From contig PWLL01000004.1 of NCBI GenBank assembly GCA_003559395.1, positions 1 to 11,479 of the forward strand: 11,479 bases of DNA, written 5' to 3'. The stretch is from Candidatus Iainarchaeum sp. (GTDB lineage: Archaea > Iainarchaeota > Iainarchaeia > Iainarchaeales > CSSED10-239). A program made the translations under genes and the position numbers. A model generated the notes under the pieces. It ran no database searches. It had not been told where the DNA came from and saw nothing but the letters and a program-made list of their open reading frames with translations. Shown here one piece after another: positions 5,212 through 9,127 of this stretch (position 1 is the stretch's first letter; each line of letters starts with the position of its first letter).

Positions 5212-5290
5212 GCCTCGGTAGCAGAATTGGTATATGCTTCAGTCTTAGAAACTGGGAAAACTAAAGGTTCGACTCCTTTGCGAGGCACCA
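5212..5290 (+). tRNA. tRNA with Leu anticodon TAG but a short (class I-like) variable region
   Basis: This is a paralogue of 4970-5047. They share G(T/C)CTCGGTA, GAATTGGTATA, GGTTCGACTCC and CGAGGCACCA. The anticodon arm is TCAGT-CTTAGAA-ACTGG and the variable region GAAAACT is about 7 nt. A73 and CCA follow. Confidence 0.7.
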
Positions 5291-5293
5291 TAT

Positions 5294-5382
5294 GCGGGTA
5301 TAGCGTGCTAAGGTAGACACATTAGACTGTAAATCTAAAGGCTATTAGTCCCGAGTGGGTTCGATTCCCTCTTCCCGCACCA
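5294..5382 (+). tRNA. tRNA-Tyr (GTA), class II
   Basis: Anticodon arm TTAGA-CTGTAAA-TCTAA, long variable arm (GGCT-ATT-AGTC), T-loop TTCGATT, CCA encoded. It is 86 nt before the CCA. The hand fold has one T:T mismatch in each of the acceptor and T stems. Confidence 0.75.
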
Positions 5383-5402
5383 AAAAATAAAAGGAGAAAA
5401 AT

Positions 5403-5624
5403 ATGAAAGTTGAAAGAATGTTAAAAAAATATAAAAATAAAATTTTAAGAGTTTGGGAGAAAGAACACACTGAAGATGAGTGTTTTTTTGAAACATTAAG
5501 AAATTGGTATTACTTACCAAATAAAGACATTTTATTAGAGTTCTCTAATAATAAAAAGCACTATAGTTATGAACTTTTAAGTAAAATAGTTTTAGCGTAT
5601 TCTAAAAAAGATAATGAAAATTAA
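5403..5624 (+). CDS. Hypothetical protein (73 aa)
   Basis: ORF with an AAAGGAGAAAAAT-ATG RBS, starting 20 nt after tRNA-Tyr with no intervening terminator. Confidence 0.6.
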   Translation: MKVERMLKKYKNKILRVWEKEHTEDECFFETLRNWYYLPNKDILLEFSNNKKHYSYELLSKIVLAYSKKDNEN

Positions 5625-5627
5625 ACC

Positions 5628-5656
5628 TTGACTTCCGCCCGCACTTATGTTATAAT
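5628..5656 (+). promoter_or_regulatory. Consensus promoter with a GC-rich 12-mer in the spacer
   Basis: TTGACT (5628-5633), a 17-nt spacer, then TATAAT (5651-5656). The spacer contains CCGCCCGCACTT, the reverse complement of AAGTGCGGGCGG at 9004-9015. Confidence 0.8.
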
Positions 5657-5731
5657 ATATATATAATAATAAAAAAGTAAAGGTAATAAGGAAGCATTGA
5701 AAAATAAAAAAAAGAGCATAAGGTAAAGCAA

Positions 5732-6142
5732 ATGTTAAGAGAGTATATTAATTCAATAGTATATGATGAAGACAACTATGAACTTGAACAAGAAATAGTT
5801 AGAAAATACCCTGTTTTAAGAGCAAGTCGGTCTTATTGGATTTACGATATTCCTCGTGGGTGGTTAATTAATTTTGGTGAAGACCTTGTTAGAGATCTAA
5901 ATGAAGCTGTAAGCAAATACAATTCTTTAATCGAATTCAACATTCTTGAAGTAAAGGAGAAATTTGGAGGGCTTAGAATTTACATTGGTGCTATGAATTG
6001 CAATATTTTCTTTAATGCGGTTAATGAAGTTATTGAAAAATATGAACAACTTTCATTTGTAGTCTGTGTTGGCTGTGGCAATCCCGCAACAAAAATAAGT
6101 AAAACATGGATTGTACCAGTATGTGAAAAGTGTGAACCTTAA
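5732..6142 (+). CDS. Hypothetical protein (136 aa) with a KEKFGGLR motif and a C-terminal CxxC..CxxC zinc ribbon
   Basis: ORF with an AAGGT RBS. The motif is EVKEKFGGLRIY and the C-terminus is CVGCGNPATKISKTWIVPVCEKCEP. The stop codon lies 3 nt before the first TLD-like RNA. Confidence 0.7.
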   Translation: MLREYINSIVYDEDNYELEQEIVRKYPVLRASRSYWIYDIPRGWLINFGEDLVRDLNEAVSKYNSLIEFNILEVKEKFGGLRIYIGAMNCNIFFNAVNEVIEKYEQLSFVVCVGCGNPATKISKTWIVPVCEKCEP

Positions 6143-6145
6143 CAT

Positions 6146-6224
6146 GGGGCAAAAATGGCTCGAACAACTATAATACCGTCCAGGAATAGTTGAGAGGAAA
6201 GTTCAATTCTTTCTTGCTCCACCA
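6146..6224 (+). ncRNA. tmRNA TLD-like minigene A (76 nt plus CCA)
   Basis: GGGGCAA-AAATGGCTCGAAC-[CAACTAT-14 nt loop-ATAGTTG]-AGAG-GAAAG-TTCAATT-CTTTC-TTGCTCC-A-CCA. It has G3:U70 and ACCA. A TGGnTCGA(A)C D-analogue replaces a D-arm. There is no 7-nt anticodon loop. Confidence 0.6.
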
Positions 6225-6227
6225 TAG

Positions 6228-6303
6228 GCTCTTATAGCTCAGATGGTAGAGCGCTTCCGTGGTAAGGAAGAAGTCATCGGTTCAATCCCGATTAAGAGCT
6301 CCA
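6228..6303 (+). tRNA. tRNA-Thr (GGT)
   Basis: Acceptor GCTCTTA/TAAGAGC, D-arm GCTC-AGATGGTA-GAGC, anticodon arm CTTCC-GTGGTAA-GGAAG, T-arm ATCGG-TTCAATC-CCGAT, CCA encoded. Confidence 0.85.
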
Positions 6304-6307
6304 ATAT

Positions 6308-6373
6308 GGGGATGTAATGGCTTCGACAGGGATTTATTTCTGGACATCGGTTCAATTCCGATCATCTCCACCA
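6308..6373 (+). ncRNA. tmRNA TLD-only minigene B (63 nt plus CCA)
   Basis: GGGGATG-TAATGGCTTCGAC-AGGGATTT-A-TTTCTGGAC-ATCGG-TTCAATT-CCGAT-CATCTCC-A-CCA. It matches the 5' end (GGGGCUGAUUCUGGAUUCGACGGGAUUU) and the 3' end (..UUUCGGACGCGGGUUCAACUCCCGCCAGCUCCACCA) of E. coli SsrA, as recalled, joined directly. G3:U70 is present. Confidence 0.7.
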
Positions 6374-6377
6374 GTAT

Positions 6378-6452
6378 GTGAGATTAGTTTAATTGGTAGA
6401 ACTTCAGCCTTCCAAGCTGATTGCACGGGTTCAATTCCCGTATCTCACTCCA
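6378..6452 (+). tRNA. tRNA-Gly (TCC)
   Basis: Acceptor GTGAGAT/ATCTCAC, anticodon arm TCAGC-CTTCCAA-GCTGA, T-arm ACGGG-TTCAATT-CCCGT, CCA encoded. Confidence 0.85.
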
Positions 6453-6455
6453 CAT

Positions 6456-6530
6456 AGGGATATAGTATAATGGTTAGTGCGCCACTCTGATAAGGTGGTA
6501 GTCATAGTTCGATTCTATGTATCCCTACCA
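6456..6530 (+). tRNA. tRNA-Ile (GAT)
   Basis: Acceptor AGGGATA/TATCCCT, anticodon arm CCACT-CTGATAA-GGTGG, T-arm CATAG-TTCGATT-CTATG, CCA encoded. Confidence 0.85.
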
Positions 6531-6541
6531 AAAATCCTAAA

Positions 6542-6616
6542 CTCTCGGTATTTCAATGGACAGAATGCTTGGCTACGAACTAAGTGATGTAGGTTCGAAT
6601 CCTACCCGAGAGTCCA
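6542..6616 (+). tRNA. tRNA-Arg (ACG)
   Basis: Acceptor CTCTCGG/CCGAGAG, anticodon arm CTTGG-CTACGAA-CTAAG, T-arm GTAGG-TTCGAAT-CCTAC, CCA encoded. Confidence 0.85.
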
Positions 6617-6642
6617 ATACTTAAACCTATGATATAATATAT

Positions 6643-6719
6643 GGCTTCGTAGTGGAATTGGTCAACACGCCGCCCTTTCAAGGCGGAGACTGAGGGTTCA
6701 AACCCCTCCGAAGTCACCA
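6643..6719 (+). tRNA. tRNA-Glu (TTC)
   Basis: Acceptor GGCTTCG/CGAAGTC, anticodon arm CCGCC-CTTTCAA-GGCGG, T-arm GAGGG-TTCAAAC-CCCTC, CCA encoded. Confidence 0.85.
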
Positions 6720-6726
6720 AATAAAT

Positions 6727-6814
6727 GGAAAGATGGCAGAGTTTGGCTTATTGCATCGGTCTTGAAAACCGAAGGGTTTCGGCTCCGTGGGTTCGAATCC
6801 CACTCTTTCCGCCA
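6727..6814 (+). tRNA. tRNA-Ser (TGA), class II
   Basis: Acceptor GGAAAGA/TCTTTCC, anticodon arm TCGGT-CTTGAAA-ACCGA, long variable arm, T-arm GTGGG-TTCGAAT-CCCAC, then G73 and CCA. Confidence 0.85.
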
Positions 6815-6859
6815 ATAAAGAGGTGATATTATGGGTAAAAAACCTGCAATTATAAAATG

Positions 6860-6888
6860 TTGACTTCAATTAAAAATTATGTTATAAT
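6860..6888 (+). promoter_or_regulatory. Duplicated promoter, copy 1
   Basis: TTGACT (6860-6865), a 17-nt spacer ending in TGT, then TATAAT (6883-6888). Confidence 0.8.
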
Positions 6889-6942
6889 ATATATATAATA
6901 AAATAAAGGTTTAGTTATAAATAAAATTTCACTTATAAAATG

Positions 6943-6971
6943 TTGACTTCAATTAAAAATTATGTTATAAT
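6943..6971 (+). promoter_or_regulatory. Duplicated promoter, copy 2
   Basis: TTGACT (6943-6948), a 17-nt spacer ending in TGT, then TATAAT (6966-6971). Confidence 0.8.
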
Positions 6972-7000
6972 ATATATATAATAAAATAAAGGTTTAGTTG

Positions 7001-7233
7001 GTCCTGAGCAAGACATTAAACTACTTAGCAACAGAAAAGTCCTAAACAAAAGACTCCTTTGCTCACCTTAAACTGTTTAGTCCTAAGCCAGACTATAAAA
7101 TGCTTTATGTCCAGCAAGACGATAAACTGCTATTGCAGTGTCCTAAACAAGACCTGTGAGCTTTGATAAAAAGTTTTAGAACTTTTTATCCCCAAACTGT
7201 TTAGTCCTAAACAAGACTATAAACTGCTTATAG
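7001..7233 (+). repeat. Six abutting copies of the (G)TCCTAAACAAGAC-N-AAACTG(C/T)TTAG hairpin motif
   Basis: Units lie at 7001-7028, 7039-7080, 7081-7108, 7109-7135, 7140-7204 and 7205-7233. The 5-bp inner stem is (G/A)A(G/A)CA / TG(C/T)T(C/T) and the 11-nt loop is AGAC-NNN-AAAC. Units 2 and 5 carry 15-nt and 40-nt insertions inside the loop. The unit 5 insertion is itself a hairpin, GATAAAAAGTT/AACTTTTTATC. Confidence 0.75.
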
Positions 7234-7245
7234 TATAAATTTAAT

Positions 7246-7810
7246 GTACCTTGAAAAAATAATATTTGTATCTTAGTGTATGACACGCCTGTGTGCTAAG
7301 AGCCTCCGCATATTAAGAACCTACATAGAGGGATACCTTTATAAGAGTTCTTTAGTTGTTAAGCAATTAACAATTAGAAGAGCCAAAAGCTCAACAATAG
7401 GGATGCGTGCTGTTCTCAGGAAGAAGATAAGATATGTAAAGGACTCGAGAAGGTAATATACGCCTACAGTGTAGGAATGAGCCAATATGCAAATAGGGTA
7501 AGACCTATTTGACCACTATTGGTAAGCTGACCCAACTTCTTTAGCCGTGATGTGCAAGAAATTGTGCTATAAGAGATTCCTTACAGTAAAAGTAGCCTAA
7601 GGCTTAAAGAATATGGAACTGATAATTCCGTTTTATTTAATAAGCTGAACGGTAGGTGAAATTTACAGGTAGAAAATCCTGTCTGTGCTTGACAAGGGTG
7701 AAAAGTATTAGGGTAGCTCCTTAATATTCAGCTTCACTCTCACAGTGATCGAACATCCCATTCTGTTGATGGTAAAACGAAAGTTTACAAATATTATTTT
7801 TTCAAGGTAC
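7246..7810 (+). ncRNA. Candidate large structured ncRNA II (565 nt), possibly ROOL/GOLLD-class
   Basis: GTACCTTGAAAAAATAATATTTGTA (7246-7270) is the perfect reverse complement of 7786-7810. The interior is GC-enriched and has no credible ORF. It is rich in hairpins, some with G:U pairs and a GNRA loop: TCTTAGTGTA/TGTGCTAAGA (7271/7292), TTGTTAA-GCAA-TTAACAA (7357-7374), GAGC/GCTC (7380/7389), CCTAC/GTAGG (7462/7470), AATAGG/CCTATT (7492/7504) and ACAGG/CCTGT (7665/7678). It lies downstream of the tandem promoters. Confidence 0.6.
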
Positions 7811-8140
7811 TTTAGACACACTTTCCGTGTGAATAATATACTTTAAATGTTAATAGACCATACCAAAACTATTAATCCTAAACATGATTTAAAAAATGTT
7901 ACTATGCTACCAGACGCAACTGGTCTCTAAAAGGGTGAGTGGTTCTCATATATGTATATATCTATGTATACATTAAACCTTTTAGAAATACAACAATACC
8001 TTAGCAAGACACAAATATAGCCGACTGTGTTAAGGACCGAAAAGGTATAACCAGCCGAATTTAGGTCTTTAGGGCTTAAGCTTGAGTTCTTGTGAGAATT
8101 CTGACTATATGTGAAGTCATAGAAACGCATAGGATTTAAT
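7811..8140 (+). ncRNA. Further non-coding, probably transcribed and structured segment
   Basis: No ORF here has an RBS. It contains two more hairpin-motif variants (7876-7905 and 7999-8035). Helices include CACAC/GTGTG (7817/7827), ACCAG/CTGGT (7909/7920) and ACCTTTT/AAAAGGT (7977/8040). A possible closing helix pairs ATTAATCCT (7871) with AGGATTTAAT (8131). No terminator separates it from 7810. Confidence 0.35.
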
Positions 8141-8170
8141 AAAGAGGGTTAGATACGTCTAACCCTCTTT
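8141..8170 (+). other. 13-bp perfect hairpin (processing site or attenuator/terminator)
   Basis: AAAGAGGGTTAGA-TACG-TCTAACCCTCTTT followed by AATTT. It sits 9 nt upstream of the tRNA-Gln-like gene. Confidence 0.5.
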
Positions 8171-8179
8171 AATTTATAT

Positions 8180-8253
8180 AGGGATATGTTGTAATGATAG
8201 CAAAGAGCCCTTTGAAGGCTTTAGTCGAGGTTTAAGTCCTTGTATCCCTGCCA
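8180..8253 (+). tRNA. tRNA-Gln (TTG), atypical elbow
   Basis: Acceptor AGGGATA/TATCCCT, identical to tRNA-Ile at 6456. The anticodon arm is GAGCC-CTTTGAA-GGCTT. The D-loop AATGATA lacks GG and the T-loop TTTAAGT lacks C56. G73 and CCA follow. Confidence 0.65.
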
Positions 8254-8262
8254 AAAAAAAAG

Positions 8263-8290
8263 AGCACGTGTGCATTTCCGCACACGTGCT
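8263..8290. terminator. Bidirectional intrinsic terminator
   Basis: AGCACGTGTGC-ATTTCC-GCACACGTGCT is an 11-bp stem. An A9 run lies on the left (a T-run for the minus strand) and ATACTTTT on the right. It separates the + RNA unit from the convergent minus-strand genes. Confidence 0.8.
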
Positions 8291-8296
8291 ATACTT

Positions 8297-8623
8297 TTAC
8301 TTTACTACAATTTCATAGTCAGTTAATCTATAAAATGAACTTCCTTGTGAGTTTATAAAAAAACTACCATCCCCAAATTCAATTTTACCAAAATACCATT
8401 TATCTATATCTGAATGATAAAATTTAACATCATCCCCTTCATAAACAGGAACATCAAATCTATCAAATATTCCAACCCATCTAAAAGGTACAGATACCCC
8501 AAATGGAACCCCCATTTTTTCTCCTTTTTTTATCTCTATAACTGTAAATTTTTTTTCAAAGTTGATTGCTAAAACATCATATTTTTTTTCTAAAAATTTC
8601 ACTCTATATTCTGATGGTTTCAT
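8297..8623 (-). CDS. YopX-like phage protein (108 aa)
   Basis: ORF with an AAAGGAGA RBS. The C-terminal pattern FDVPVYEGDDVKF..GKIEFGDGSFFI resembles the YopX-family IYEGDI..G.V.F..G.F core. The assignment comes from motif recall only. Confidence 0.55.
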   Translation of the reverse strand: MKPSEYRVKFLEKKYDVLAINFEKKFTVIEIKKGEKMGVPFGVSVPFRWVGIFDRFDVPVYEGDDVKFYHSDIDKWYFGKIEFGDGSFFINSQGSSFYRLTDYEIVVK

Positions 8624-8641
8624 AAAAATCTCCTTTATTTA

Positions 8642-8920
8642 TTACCAGTTAATTATGAGCATAAGTTCAGATTCAGAGTGAATAAAAGCACTCTTTATAG
8701 AAACAGAAAAGCCACTGTCCCAAAGTTCTTTTTTAAGTAAGTTAATAATAGGGAGGTCTTTTTTATAAAAATCTATCTTCGCCTCTGACTTTCCTTCATT
8801 TGCTCTTACTAATATAGTTTTATTAATAAATTTAACCACTGTTTCTTTATCTAATTTTACTCTTGCTTCTTTAGTTATTTGTTTTATGTCTGCGGCCCGC
8901 ACAAATTTAATTTCTTCCAT
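8642..8920 (-). CDS. Hypothetical protein (92 aa)
   Basis: ORF with a strong AAGGAGGAATC-ATG RBS, directly downstream of the minus-strand promoter. Confidence 0.7.
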   Translation of the reverse strand: MEEIKFVRAADIKQITKEARVKLDKETVVKFINKTILVRANEGKSEAKIDFYKKDLPIINLLKKELWDSGFSVSIKSAFIHSESELMLIINW

Positions 8921-8950
8921 GATTCCTCCTTATACATTATATATATATAT

Positions 8951-8979
8951 AGTATAACATAAATTTTATTTTTTGTCAA
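8951..8979 (-). promoter_or_regulatory. Consensus promoter (minus strand), divergent from 9074-9102
   Basis: The reverse complement reads TTGACA (8979-8974), a 17-nt spacer ending in TGT, then TATACT (8956-8951). Confidence 0.8.
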
Positions 8980-9003
8980 CCTTTTGTAACAAAAGAAAAA
9001 TGA

Positions 9004-9015
9004 AAGTGCGGGCGG
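9004..9015 (+). repeat. GC-rich 12-mer AAGTGCGGGCGG
   Basis: It is identical, in reverse complement, to 5635-5646 inside a promoter spacer. Related GTGCGGG cores occur at 2077, 9048 and 10849. Confidence 0.7.
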
Positions 9016-9025
9016 TGGTATAATT

Positions 9026-9037
9026 TTAGTTGGGTAA
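9026..9037 (+). repeat. TTAGTTGGGTAA 12-mer copy between divergent promoters
   Basis: Exact 12-mer. Confidence 0.9.
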
Positions 9038-9073
9038 ATTACATTTGTGCGGGAGTGCCCACTTTTTCACCCC

Positions 9074-9102
9074 TTGACAAACTCTCTATTGTATGATATA
9101 CT
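9074..9102 (+). promoter_or_regulatory. Consensus promoter
   Basis: TTGACA (9074-9079), a 17-nt spacer ending in TGA, then TATACT (9097-9102). Confidence 0.8.
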
Positions 9103-9127
9103 ATATATATAATAAAAAAGAAAGGAA

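Larger units (their letters stand above)
6850..6999 (+). repeat. Perfect 67-bp direct duplication carrying a complete promoter (period 83 bp)
   Basis: 6850-6916 and 6933-6999 are identical: TTATAAAATGTTGACTTCAATTAAAAATTATGTTATAATATATATATAATAAAATAAAGGTTTAGTT. Confidence 0.9.

Noticed and set aside
4970-5290. Stop-codon suppressor tRNAs (alternative genetic code).
   Set aside because: With standard 7-nt loops the anticodons are TAA and TAG, which read the Leu codons UUA and CUA. They are not TTA, CTA or TCA. No tRNA in the window has a stop-reading anticodon, and the CDSs terminate normally.
4670-5520. Minus-strand ORFs at 4670-4882, 5003-5209 and 5335-5520.
   Set aside because: They are antisense to back-to-back tRNA genes. 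Their peptides are translated tRNA stems (FEPSTS, RESNP and similar). None has an RBS.
6146-6373. One full-length or two-piece tmRNA spanning both TLD-like elements.
   Set aside because: Each element has its own complete acceptor stem, T-arm and CCA. The sequence between them is an ordinary tRNA-Thr. No tag-like ORF ending in ..LAA and no pseudoknot series is present.
6633-6638. Internal promoter in the Arg-Glu tRNA spacer (TGATATAAT).
   Set aside because: It has a good extended -10, but no recognisable -35 at 17 bp. It may be fortuitous in AT-rich spacer DNA.
7001-7233. CRISPR array or solitary CRISPR-repeat mimic.
   Set aside because: The units abut with no unique spacers and are degenerate. 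They carry insertions inside the unit, and I recognise no match to a known repeat family. An RNA hairpin family fits better. A decoy role cannot be excluded.
7246-7810. Miniature inverted-repeat transposable element (25-bp perfect terminal inverted repeats).
   Set aside because: No obvious target-site duplication flanks the arms (AAT to the left, TTT to the right). The interior has RNA-type features, namely G:U-containing helices and a GNRA loop. It also lies in a promoter-to-terminator RNA unit. The hypothesis is not fully excluded, and it is listed as the refutation test for the ncRNA call.
7927-8130. 67-aa minus-strand ORF.
   Set aside because: It has no RBS or promoter. It is antisense to a region transcribed from the + strand, and its sequence is low-complexity.
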